A program made the position numbers and the translations under genes. From NCBI GenBank assembly GCA_947465765.1, contig CANIAP010000004.1, positions 25,613-89,612 on the forward strand: DNA of 64,000 bases. The letters run 5' to 3'. The first letter of the stretch is position 1, and the number at the start of each line of letters is the position of its first letter. This DNA comes from a bacterium (lineage in GTDB: Bacteria > Margulisbacteria > Marinamargulisbacteria > SXXA01). Under the pieces are notes generated by a model. The model was not told the origin of the DNA. It ran no database searches and saw nothing but the letters and a program-made list of their open reading frames with translations. Shown one piece after another: positions 36,080-45,151 of the stretch.

Positions 36080-36702
36080 GGAATAATCGCCACCTTTCCC
36101 TTACCCATTACCTTGCCTTCATGCATGATGAGCACAAAGTAAACCCCGGCCGACAACTGAAACTGATCAAATGAATTATTGGAAAACATCAACCAATTCA
36201 CCCCTGACTTGCCCCCTTGACTCCCTGCGGAAAACTGGGTCTTTAGAATCATGTTTGCCAACATGTCGTAAACACGAATCTCAACATCCATATTTTTCGA
36301 AAGCACATATGAGAGCTTTGGACTCTCCGCTTGGCGGGCAGGATTTGGGTAAAACAAGGGCTTTCCGACAACTTCGGCAACCACCCCAGCCTCTTCTTGC
36401 AACTGGGCATCCACCACTACTTTGCCCGCCAAATCCGACTGCACAGTATTCTTAAAACTCACCCCCAAGACCGCAATTTGATTCGCGCCACCTTTCAAAT
36501 CAGACGCCGCACTTGACCCCGCACCGGAAAAATCTCCATTAAGATAAAGAAGTGAATTATAAGCAACCGACTCCACGGTAATAGCCCCGAATGCAGGGGT
36601 TGCAAAAAACGCCACCACGGTCACCAAGCCAAAAATGGCCAGCGCAACTACTAGCTGTTTCTTCCACAATCTATTGAAATTGAAACCTTGAAACAATTTC
36701 AT
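36076..36702 (-). CDS. small exported protein with a T9SS-type / FlgD-Ig-like C-terminal beta-sandwich domain
   Basis: Start taken at ATG 36702 (GGGGGA upstream), giving MKLFQGFNFNRLWKKQLVVALAIFGLVTVVAFFATPAFG (signal or anchor). C-terminus LFYPNPA...VEIRVYDMLANMI...LSAGVYFVLIMHEGKVMGKGKVAIIP matches the Por_Secre_tail/FlgD_ig pattern (yPNPa...i.iyd..G..v...l.aGvYf..i). Confidence 0.65.
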   Translation of the reverse strand: MKLFQGFNFNRLWKKQLVVALAIFGLVTVVAFFATPAFGAITVESVAYNSLLYLNGDFSGAGSSAASDLKGGANQIAVLGVSFKNTVQSDLAGKVVVDAQLQEEAGVVAEVVGKPLFYPNPARQAESPKLSYVLSKNMDVEIRVYDMLANMILKTQFSAGSQGGKSGVNWLMFSNNSFDQFQLSAGVYFVLIMHEGKVMGKGKVAIIP

Positions 36703-36803
36703 TGATTTCCCCCAAAGCCGAAGCTTGGCCTCCCTGGATAGTCTGTGCGGGCTTGGAACACCACGCTCTAACAGGCCCTGTATCGTAGAACCTTTATAAA
36801 AAC

Positions 36804-36831
36804 TTGCATCCGAATTTTTATACGCTACAAT
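36804..36831 (+). promoter_or_regulatory. candidate sigma70 promoter of yggS (very short leader)
   Basis: TTGCAT (36804-36809), a 16-nt spacer, then TACAAT (36826-36831). ATG 36844 is only ~6 nt beyond the expected TSS and has no SD. Confidence 0.4.
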
Positions 36832-36843
36832 CCATCCCTCAAG

Positions 36844-37545
36844 ATGCATCCAATTTCAAAAGATATTATTGACGTACAGAGTGCACGATGGACGGCCTTA
36901 ACGGCGAAGGTGAACCGCTATACGCAGGACAAATCCCGCCCCATATCGATCCTCGCCGCCACTAAATACGGAACCGCCGAAGACGCCGCCGGACTGATCC
37001 TTGCGGGCGCAACCCTTATTGGGGAAAACCGCATTTCCGATGCCGAGCACCGGTTACACGAACTTGCCGCACACCCACTCCCCTCATTTGCCGCCCATTT
37101 TATTGGCACACTTCAACGCAACAAGGTTAAACGGGCCCTCACGTTGTTCTCCTGTATCCAATCAATGGACCGAGACGCCCTCTTCACGGAAGTTCAAAAC
37201 GAATGCCATGCACAAGGCCGATCGATCGACGTTATGCTGCAAATCAATACCGGCGATGAGCCCTCCAAATCGGGGTACTCCATTCCCGATGTACGTATCA
37301 GACACCCTCATTTGTTTGCGTTTCCAAATATTAAAATCATCGGTATAATGGCCGTCACTCCGTTTTCCCCGAATTCCGAGGAAGTACGGCCTTTTTTCAA
37401 ATCCGCTCATCGCCTCTTCTGTGAATTGCAACCGCTTTACCCCGAATTGATTCATCTCAGCATGGGAATGAGTCAGGACTATCAAGTTGCAATTCAGGAA
37501 GGGGCCACAATAATTCGTATCGGCAGTGTCCTTTACGGACGATAG
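36844..37545 (+). CDS. yggS: YggS-family pyridoxal-phosphate homeostasis protein
   Basis: ILAATKYG (PLP Lys), HFIGTLQRNK, LSMGMSQDYQVAIQEGATIIRIGS. Confidence 0.9.
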   Translation: MHPISKDIIDVQSARWTALTAKVNRYTQDKSRPISILAATKYGTAEDAAGLILAGATLIGENRISDAEHRLHELAAHPLPSFAAHFIGTLQRNKVKRALTLFSCIQSMDRDALFTEVQNECHAQGRSIDVMLQINTGDEPSKSGYSIPDVRIRHPHLFAFPNIKIIGIMAVTPFSPNSEEVRPFFKSAHRLFCELQPLYPELIHLSMGMSQDYQVAIQEGATIIRIGSVLYGR

Positions 37546-37554
37546 GAGGCCCCA

Positions 37555-38010
37555 ATGTCATTCGGTAGTAAACTAAAAGATTTTTTTGGATTTTCAGAAG
37601 ATGATGAATTCGAATCTGGGAACAGAAGTGAATCCGTATCCGTTCCAGCGCCCCACCGCACTATCAAAACCTCCCCGCCGTCTAACACGGGAAGGGGGTC
37701 TGGCCCCTCAGAGATCAAGGTTGAAGAACCTCGAATCTACGAAGATTCCCTCAACATTGCGACTTATCTCAGAGAGGGTAAGCCCGTCATCATCAATTTA
37801 CGGCACCTCGACGCCAATTCAGGGAAACGGCTCATTGATTTTGTATGTGGCACCGCTTACGCCATCAATGGGCACATGATGAAAATTGGGGATAATATTT
37901 TTTTATTTACACCTTCCAACGTATTGATTGAATCTGGAGAAAAATCCCCGCTGGAAAAGGGGCTCGAAAACGAGGATAGAGAAAATTTCTTCCGCCGAAA
38001 TCCAATTTAG
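37555..38010 (+). CDS. sepF: cell division protein SepF
   Basis: Disordered N-terminus, then EPRIYEDSLNIATYLREGKPVIINLRHLDANSGKRLIDFVCGTAYAINGHMMKIGDNIFLFTP. AGGAGG SD. yggS-sepF synteny. Confidence 0.9.
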   Translation: MSFGSKLKDFFGFSEDDEFESGNRSESVSVPAPHRTIKTSPPSNTGRGSGPSEIKVEEPRIYEDSLNIATYLREGKPVIINLRHLDANSGKRLIDFVCGTAYAINGHMMKIGDNIFLFTPSNVLIESGEKSPLEKGLENEDRENFFRRNPI

Positions 38011-38012
38011 AG

Positions 38013-38798
38013 ATGTCGGCCTCCGACGCTTTTACTGAATTTGTTCAGATCGTAACGACTCTCCGTGGCCCAGATGGTTGCCCGTGGGATCGGGAACAAA
38101 CATTTGCCTCTTTGGCGCCCTACATTATTGAAGAGGCCTACGAATTAGTGGACGCGATGACTACCGAAAACGCGTCCAATTTAAGCGAAGAAATTGGAGA
38201 CGTACTTCTCCATGTCGTCATGTTGTCCTTGATGGCGGAAGACCAATGCCTATTTACGTTAGATGCGACAATTCGAGGGATATCAGACAAAATGATTCGT
38301 CGACATCCTCACGTATTCGGCAACGTATCCGTGGAATCATCAGATGACGTCGTTCATAATTGGGAAGCGATCAAGATAGAGGAATCCAAATCATCCCAAA
38401 AGGGACTTCTTGATTCTATCCCTAAACACCTTCCCGCCACGATGCAGGCACAGAAACTCCAAAACAAAACCGCCCGGGTTGGGTTTGATTTCCCGGATAC
38501 TCAGGGCGCTACAGATAAGATTGCTGAAGAACTGGCGGAGCTCACAACCGCAATTAACGACGGAAACCTCCCGGCCATTCATTCCGAATTTGGGGATCTG
38601 CTGTTTTCTATAATCAATGTCGGGAGAAAACTAGGAATTGACTGCGAAGACGCGCTGCAATCCACTAACAAGAAATTCAGGAATCGATTTAAGGAAATGG
38701 AGAAGTCAGCGTCCGCACAAGGCCACCCAGTACAAACCCTATCACTAACACAATTAGACACGCTTTGGAACAATGCAAAAAAAGGATTACAGCAATGA
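38013..38798 (+). CDS. mazG: nucleoside triphosphate pyrophosphohydrolase MazG
   Basis: CPWDREQTF, EEAYELVDA, EIGDVLLHVV, and a second EXXE-type half (ELAEL...EFGDLLFSIIN). Confidence 0.9.
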   Translation: MSASDAFTEFVQIVTTLRGPDGCPWDREQTFASLAPYIIEEAYELVDAMTTENASNLSEEIGDVLLHVVMLSLMAEDQCLFTLDATIRGISDKMIRRHPHVFGNVSVESSDDVVHNWEAIKIEESKSSQKGLLDSIPKHLPATMQAQKLQNKTARVGFDFPDTQGATDKIAEELAELTTAINDGNLPAIHSEFGDLLFSIINVGRKLGIDCEDALQSTNKKFRNRFKEMEKSASAQGHPVQTLSLTQLDTLWNNAKKGLQQ

Positions 38799-39865
38799 GT
38801 TTTATTATTACTATTTTCGCGCTCAGTATCGTTATTTTTATCCACGAATTAGGCCATCTGATCGCCGCAAAATGGGCTAAAATTGGGGTATACGAGTTTG
38901 CCATTGGAATGGGTCCGAAATTAATTGGGCGCAAATGGGGCGAAACCGAATATACAATCCGACTACTACCGATTGGGGGATTTGTTAAATTGGCCGGAAT
39001 GGACGATGCTCCCGAAAACGCCCACGTTTCAACAGATCAAGATCTTTACTCCAAAAAACCATTCCCCAGGTTTGTTACAATTAGCGCAGGATCCGTATTT
39101 AATATACTTTTGGGGTTCATTATATTCGTTGTGATCTACACTGGTTTTGGGGTTCATTTACCCTCAACTGTCATTGATTCCGTCGTCACCAACACGCCTG
39201 CATCCGGTGTAGATATTCGACCCGGCGACCAAATCGTTAGCCTCAACAACCTCCAGATAAACAATAATGGCGCCCGCTTTATGGACGAACTTCAGAAATT
39301 GCCCCCAGGCCAAGTGGGGATCCAAATTAAACGAGGGGGAGATATTCTCGACGTTCATATTGCCCCAATCCAACAGAATCATCGACGGGTTATTGGCGTA
39401 ATGTTCAAGCTGTCGGATACGCCGACCCATTTTGGCCCAATTAACGCGGTGAAATGGGGACTAAAAACAACAATGGCCAGTGTCGAGATGGTATTTTACA
39501 GTGTCAAAATGATGGCAACAGGTGGCGTAAAACCCAAAGAAATGGCCGGCGTAGTCGGAATCGTTCAAATGGCCTCCTTCGGATATCACCAAGGATTCGA
39601 TAGTTTCTTAAAATTTATTGCAATGATTAGCATTAGCCTTGGCGTATTTAATTTATTTCCTTTACCGGCATTAGATGGTGGCCACCTGGCATTTTTAGCG
39701 ATCGAAGTGGTCCGAGGAAAGCCGTTAAATCGAAAATGGGAGACCCTCGTCACCAATACGGGTTTTGCCTTACTGATGGCTTTAATGGTATTTATTTTGG
39801 TGAACGACATTATTCATTGGACCGACCGCAACAAGGCTCTTCACACCACTTCTTCCCCCAGGTGA
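38795..39865 (+). CDS. rseP: RIP site-2 metalloprotease RseP (M50)
   Basis: HELGHLIAAK (HExxH) in TM1, a PDZ-like middle, NLFPLPALDGGH. Start taken at ATG 38795, overlapping the mazG stop (ATGA). Confidence 0.85.
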   Translation: MSFIITIFALSIVIFIHELGHLIAAKWAKIGVYEFAIGMGPKLIGRKWGETEYTIRLLPIGGFVKLAGMDDAPENAHVSTDQDLYSKKPFPRFVTISAGSVFNILLGFIIFVVIYTGFGVHLPSTVIDSVVTNTPASGVDIRPGDQIVSLNNLQINNNGARFMDELQKLPPGQVGIQIKRGGDILDVHIAPIQQNHRRVIGVMFKLSDTPTHFGPINAVKWGLKTTMASVEMVFYSVKMMATGGVKPKEMAGVVGIVQMASFGYHQGFDSFLKFIAMISISLGVFNLFPLPALDGGHLAFLAIEVVRGKPLNRKWETLVTNTGFALLMALMVFILVNDIIHWTDRNKALHTTSSPR

Positions 39866-39868
39866 TTC

Positions 39869-41785
39869 ATGCAAACAGTATCAACAACCCCATTGACCGT
39901 CGTTGCCAACACAATTCGTGGATTGGCATTAGATGCAATTGACGCATGCAATTCCGGACACCCTGGACTTCCATTAGGCTGTGCTGAAATCTTCGCTGTC
40001 CTCTACGGACGTTTCTTAAACCACAATCCTTTAAATCCAAAATGGGCCGGTAGAGACCGATTCATTCTATCCGCTGGGCATGGCTCTATGGGACTCTACG
40101 CCAGCCTCCATATCGCCGGATTCGAGGTTAACCTCGATGATCTCAAGGCATTCCGAACACTCCATTCCATTACACCAGGGCATCCGGAATGCCGTGAAAC
40201 CCCCGGGGTTGAAACCACCACTGGACCACTAGGACAAGGAGTCGCCACCGCAGTCGGAATGGCATTAGCCGCAAAACATCTTGGTGCACGCCTCCATTCC
40301 CCCAGTGCGCATCAAGTCGTGGCCCTCGCGGGGGATGGCTGCATGATGGAGGGCATTTGTAGTGAAGCGTCCTCCCTGGCAGGTCACCTAAAATTAGATA
40401 ACCTAATCCTCATATACGACTCCAACGATATTTGCCTTGATGGCCCAACAACCGAATGTTTCACAGAAGATGTCGGTGCACGATATCGCGCCTACGGATG
40501 GAACGTTACCCTTATTGATGGCCATAATATTGACCAAATCGAACAAGCATTAGAATCCGCACGCTCCCAAACCGAAAAACCGAGCCTCATTATTGCCAAA
40601 ACTACCATTGGAAAAGGAAGCCCTACCTATCAAGGATCTAGTGAAGCGCACGGAAAAGCCTTTGGCAAAGAAGAAAGTAGTGCGACCAAATCCGCTTTGG
40701 GACTTCCGTCTGATGCGCTGTTCTTTGTACCAGATGAGGTAAAAACTTTTTTTTCAAATCGGATAAAAATCCAAACAAATCGTCCGCCAGAATCCTCTAA
40801 CCACCTCCAAAACACGATGTCCGAGGAAACCCTCAATACAATACGAATCACTGAGGTTAAGCCTGGACTCGCGACACGCGCCATATCCCAAGCGCTACTC
40901 CAAGTGATCCATGATCACTGTCCGTCAGTCATCGGTGGATCTGCCGACTTATCCTGTTCCGATAGCACATTGATGAAAACCGGCGGGATATTATCGGCTG
41001 ACAATTACGGTGCCAGAAACATTAAATACGGGGTGCGGGAATTTGCGATGGCCGCAGCGTCCTCAGGGCTGGCATTAGAAGGATTAAGACCCTTCTGTGG
41101 TACCTTTCTCGTATTTTCCGATTATATGAAAAATGCAGTACGACTGGCGGCATTGATGCGATTGCCGGTCATCTATCAGTTCACGCATGATAGCTTCCTA
41201 CTCGGTGAAGATGGCCCGACCCACCAACCAGTTGAACATTTGGCCGCATTACGGGCAATGCCCACGTTGACTGTTTTTCGACCGGCTGACACGAACGAAA
41301 CCAAGGCCGCATGGATCGCGGCGCTAAGCGCAAACTCCCCCACAGCGTTAGTTCTCACTCGACAAGGGATTAACGATACGTTGACGACATCGATCGATGG
41401 CGCACTCAAAGGCGGCTATATCGTGATAAGAGAATCCGATGGCCCATTGGACTATTCACTGATCGCCACTGGATCGGAATTATCCCTTGCGGTGGGTTGT
41501 GCCGCTGCACTTACTGCCAAAGGTCACAATTGCCGGGTAATTTCGCTCCCTTCATTTGAAGTATTCGATGCGCAATCAAAAGAGTATCAAAATGAAGTAC
41601 TGGGTAACGCGGCGCAGACAGTATCGATCGAAGCGCAAAGTTCGTTCGGCTGGCACAAGTATATCGGCCGCGAAGGCATTGCGATTTCGATCGACCGATT
41701 TGGCCTCAGTGCGCCAGCCAAAGATCTGGCCCAACATTTTGGATTTACAGTACCCGCCATTTTGAATCGTTTAGGAGTGTCGTAA
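39869..41785 (+). CDS. tkt: transketolase
   Basis: NSGHPGLPLG, GDGCMMEGI (ThDP motif), THDSFLLGEDGPTHQPVEHL. Confidence 0.95.
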   Translation: MQTVSTTPLTVVANTIRGLALDAIDACNSGHPGLPLGCAEIFAVLYGRFLNHNPLNPKWAGRDRFILSAGHGSMGLYASLHIAGFEVNLDDLKAFRTLHSITPGHPECRETPGVETTTGPLGQGVATAVGMALAAKHLGARLHSPSAHQVVALAGDGCMMEGICSEASSLAGHLKLDNLILIYDSNDICLDGPTTECFTEDVGARYRAYGWNVTLIDGHNIDQIEQALESARSQTEKPSLIIAKTTIGKGSPTYQGSSEAHGKAFGKEESSATKSALGLPSDALFFVPDEVKTFFSNRIKIQTNRPPESSNHLQNTMSEETLNTIRITEVKPGLATRAISQALLQVIHDHCPSVIGGSADLSCSDSTLMKTGGILSADNYGARNIKYGVREFAMAAASSGLALEGLRPFCGTFLVFSDYMKNAVRLAALMRLPVIYQFTHDSFLLGEDGPTHQPVEHLAALRAMPTLTVFRPADTNETKAAWIAALSANSPTALVLTRQGINDTLTTSIDGALKGGYIVIRESDGPLDYSLIATGSELSLAVGCAAALTAKGHNCRVISLPSFEVFDAQSKEYQNEVLGNAAQTVSIEAQSSFGWHKYIGREGIAISIDRFGLSAPAKDLAQHFGFTVPAILNRLGVS

Positions 41786-41791
41786 AAATAA

Positions 41792-42472
41792 ATGATTCGG
41801 GTCAAAAACGTTCGAAAAGTATACCCCAATGGATTTGTCGCACTCGACGGTATTGACCTTCACATCAGCCGGAATGAATTTGTGTACCTTGTCGGTCAGT
41901 CAGGTGCGGGGAAATCGACACTACTCAACATGCTCTACAAGGCGGAAACGCCAACATCCGGTGACATTTACATCGACAACATATCGCTCAGCGGTTTGGC
42001 CCCAAAACAAGTGCCCTACCTACGACGAAGTATTGGGGTCATTTTTCAGGACTACAAATTATTGCCTCGACGCACGGTCTATGAAAATGTCGCTTTTGCA
42101 CTTCGCGTTATGCATTTTAGCCGCTTCCGCATTCGACGCCAGGTTGCCCAAGTTCTCGAGCTGGTCGGGCTTCAACAAAAAATGCACAATTACCCCTCTG
42201 AGCTGTCGGGAGGGGAACAGCAGCGGATTTGCATTGCAAGGGCCATCGTGAACAACCCGCCAGTGCTCTTGGCGGATGAGCCCACGGGCAGCTTGGATCC
42301 GGACACCTCATGGGAAATTATGCAGTTACTGAGTAAAATCAATGCCCGTCAGACGACCGTTATCGTTGCAACCCATAACAAAGCGATCGTCGATGACATA
42401 CGAAAACGAGTAGTCGCTGTCGAAAACGGCCGCATTATTCGTGATGAACAACTCGGACTATACAACCCATGA
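41792..42472 (+). CDS. ftsE: cell division ATP-binding protein FtsE
   Basis: Walker A GQSGAGKST, signature LSGGEQQR, Walker B VLLADEPTG. Followed by ftsX. Confidence 0.9.
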   Translation: MIRVKNVRKVYPNGFVALDGIDLHISRNEFVYLVGQSGAGKSTLLNMLYKAETPTSGDIYIDNISLSGLAPKQVPYLRRSIGVIFQDYKLLPRRTVYENVAFALRVMHFSRFRIRRQVAQVLELVGLQQKMHNYPSELSGGEQQRICIARAIVNNPPVLLADEPTGSLDPDTSWEIMQLLSKINARQTTVIVATHNKAIVDDIRKRVVAVENGRIIRDEQLGLYNP

Positions 42473-43353
42473 TTCGAGATTTTTTATTCTTCACATCGGA
42501 AGCCCTCATCAGTATCCGGAGATCTGGAATTATGATGATCATATCAATCGCGACGATCACTGTGTCGTTGATTGTATTCGGGATATTCTTACTGATATCA
42601 GCGAACATTTCAAACCTAACCAACTACTTTTCATCGAAACTCGAAATTCGGGTTTATCTTAAGGACAGTACAAAACAAGACGAAATCGACGCGCTCAAGC
42701 TGCGATTTGAGGCAATGCCAGCGGTTCGCAAAGTCGAATTCATTGAAAAAGCAGCCGCTTGGGCAGAATTCAAGAAAAATTACCCTAAAATAGAACTCAG
42801 TACCCTGGTGTCTGACAATCCCCTACCCAACGCGTTCCGAATCGGATTGAGTGATAGCGCCAAAATAACCAGTATCGCCACTCACCTAAAAGGGTTTGAA
42901 GCCGTTGAAGATGTAGGTGACATGGGCGCAATTGCCGATCGAATTACTGCTTTTTCCAGATACACTCGAATCGCAGGCATTATCTTAGTAAGTTTATTAA
43001 CGTTTGCGACTCTACTGATAATCGTAAATACGATTCGTCTAACCGTCATTGCCCGCCAAGACGAAATTACGATCATGCAACTGGTCGGGGCCACGATATC
43101 CTTTATCCGATGGCCGTTTATTATCGAAGGCCTATTAATTGGAATTATCGGCGGTGTTTTTGCAATTGTATTCCTTGTTTTTGGGTACTCGTTTTTTGTA
43201 ATGCGATTCCAAGAAAACATCCCATTCTTCCCCCTTGTATATGATCACATGACGCTAAATTTAATCTACTTGGGAATATTGTTAGTGGGAACTTCCTTGG
43301 GTATTTTTGGCGCCTATTTATCCGTTTCCCGAACTGTAAAAAACAACTACTAA
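42469..43353 (+). CDS. ftsX: cell division permease-like protein FtsX
   Basis: An N-terminal TM helix, a periplasmic domain, and 3 C-terminal TM helices. Start overlaps the ftsE stop (ATGA). Confidence 0.85.
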   Translation: MIRDFLFFTSEALISIRRSGIMMIISIATITVSLIVFGIFLLISANISNLTNYFSSKLEIRVYLKDSTKQDEIDALKLRFEAMPAVRKVEFIEKAAAWAEFKKNYPKIELSTLVSDNPLPNAFRIGLSDSAKITSIATHLKGFEAVEDVGDMGAIADRITAFSRYTRIAGIILVSLLTFATLLIIVNTIRLTVIARQDEITIMQLVGATISFIRWPFIIEGLLIGIIGGVFAIVFLVFGYSFFVMRFQENIPFFPLVYDHMTLNLIYLGILLVGTSLGIFGAYLSVSRTVKNNY

Positions 43354-43364
43354 GGAGTCCTAAG

Positions 43365-44831
43365 ATGCTGGTATTTTTAAGGAAAAAAGCGGGAGTTATT
43401 TCCGCTGTTGTCGTCGGATCCATGGTCCTCACATTGTTTGCAGGCACCCTATTTTTAGGAGGGAACACCTCCAAAACCAATCGAATTAATCCTGAAGATA
43501 TAATTGCAACCGTCGGGGATACCGTTATTTCCACAACCAAATACAACGAAATTTTAAACCAATATATCGTCAGGTACCGAATTGGTAGCGACCAAAAACA
43601 AGATCCCGATTTTATTGAATTGTTACAATACACTGCATTTGAGCAGGCGTTGCAATCCACAATTCTGCTAGATGCCGCTAAAGCGGCAGGCGTTAAGCCC
43701 AGAAATGCAGACCTCGATGCAGCGATGCAGGGCGTTTTGGTTCAATATGATTTGAAAGATGAGTCGCAACTGAAAGACAAGCTAAAAGAAGCCAATTATC
43801 CTTGGGACACCTTCAAGGAAAATATAGAAAACGATGTAAAAGTACAATTATTTTCGAATTACCTACAAAACAGCGCCAAAGTTACTAACCAAGATGTCAA
43901 CAATCATTACGTACGGGTAAATGTACAACAAATCCTTATTCGTGTGACTCCTGGCGACAAAACCGCTGAAGAAGTCGGCAAAAAAAAAGCTGAAGATCTA
44001 TTTTTTCAACTTCAAAAAGGCGCCGATTTTGGCTCTTTAGCTAAGGCCCATTCCCAAGACCTTCAATCCAAAGATAATGGGGGGAACCTCGGATGGATTG
44101 AGTATGGAAGTACCGTCCCTGAATTTGAAACCGTGATGTACGCCCTCGACACAGGAGAGATATCCCACCCGATCCGAACCCCATTTGGGTTCCAAATTAT
44201 TAAAGTATTAGAGAAAAAAACAACCAATAAACCAGCCAATATCAATTATGAATCCGAAAAAACAAAACTACTTCAGCTGAAGCAACAAAATGCAATCGCC
44301 AACTATATTCGTGGCACCATTAGTCAATCCAAATTAGATATCCGGAACCCTTATATCCGTGCGTATTACTATAAGGTCACGGGGGAAGACAGCGGCGCGT
44401 TAGGTGCCTATCAAGCACAAGAATCCATCAATACATACGATCCTCGACCTCATTATTTTTCTGCAAAACTGTATAAAACAATGGGAGACAGTAAGAATCA
44501 GCTCCTCGAATTAAAACGAGCGGTCCTTAAAGGCGAATTGGCCCAACAAGCCGATATCCCATTGGCTCATATCGAGTTGGGGAAACTATTAGGCGCCCAA
44601 GGCAACATCGCGTCCAAAAATGCGGAATTTGATAAAGCCATGACATCCGCAAAAGGGCACCTCGTCGTGATGAAGACCGTCGAACAAGCACTTAAAACCG
44701 CAGGCGACCCTCATCGCGCAGGGATCATTGCGGGAGAGATTATGCACGTTGAGGCAATGATTAAGCAGGCGAATGCAACCCCAAATACCACTGGGGGAAC
44801 ACCTCCGGCTGCAGCAACATTGAAATTATAG
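43365..44831 (+). CDS. parvulin-type peptidyl-prolyl isomerase (SurA/PpiD/PrsA-like) with an N-terminal anchor
   Basis: N-terminal hydrophobic helix. Parvulin core VNVQQILIRV...GGNLGWIEYGSTVPEFETVMYAL..GEISHPIRTPFGFQIIKV. AAGGAG SD. Confidence 0.75.
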   Translation: MLVFLRKKAGVISAVVVGSMVLTLFAGTLFLGGNTSKTNRINPEDIIATVGDTVISTTKYNEILNQYIVRYRIGSDQKQDPDFIELLQYTAFEQALQSTILLDAAKAAGVKPRNADLDAAMQGVLVQYDLKDESQLKDKLKEANYPWDTFKENIENDVKVQLFSNYLQNSAKVTNQDVNNHYVRVNVQQILIRVTPGDKTAEEVGKKKAEDLFFQLQKGADFGSLAKAHSQDLQSKDNGGNLGWIEYGSTVPEFETVMYALDTGEISHPIRTPFGFQIIKVLEKKTTNKPANINYESEKTKLLQLKQQNAIANYIRGTISQSKLDIRNPYIRAYYYKVTGEDSGALGAYQAQESINTYDPRPHYFSAKLYKTMGDSKNQLLELKRAVLKGELAQQADIPLAHIELGKLLGAQGNIASKNAEFDKAMTSAKGHLVVMKTVEQALKTAGDPHRAGIIAGEIMHVEAMIKQANATPNTTGGTPPAAATLKL

Positions 44832-44887
44832 TAAGGAATTGATACGATTGCGCGTTCAATATTTTGGCTCATTATGAGGTACATTTC

Positions 44888-45133
44888 ATGAATCAACCGG
44901 CAGCTCAGGCTCAAAAGACAAAAAAACAAAAGGCATCCGCCCCTAAGACCTTTACTTACAAGGAGACCATAATTTCCTGCGCGTGTGGAGCTGAATACCT
45001 TTCAGGCTCTACTATGGACTCAATTCGGGTAGACATTTGTGCTAATTGCCACCCTTTCTTCACTGGGGAAAGTCGAGTTCTAGACACTGAAGGTCGTATC
45101 GAAAAGTTCAAAAAACGCTACAACATGAAATAG
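44888..45133 (+). CDS. rpmE: 50S ribosomal protein L31 (with a ~20-aa K/Q/A-rich N-terminal extension)
   Basis: SCACGAEY...VDICANCHPFFTGESRVLDTEGRIEKFKKRY. ATG 44888 sits 7 nt after GAGGT. Confidence 0.85.
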   Translation: MNQPAAQAQKTKKQKASAPKTFTYKETIISCACGAEYLSGSTMDSIRVDICANCHPFFTGESRVLDTEGRIEKFKKRYNMK

Positions 45134-45151
45134 TTCGAATTCACTCCGGAC

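Noticed and set aside
36703-36849. The ORF-track version of the CTD-protein gene starts at 36849 (MHLEGWIVAYKN...), overlapping the yggS start.
   Set aside because: The extra 49 residues precede a perfect signal or anchor sequence that begins at an internal ATG (36702) with GGGGGA upstream. The extension would also consume the whole divergent promoter region. I prefer the shorter gene.
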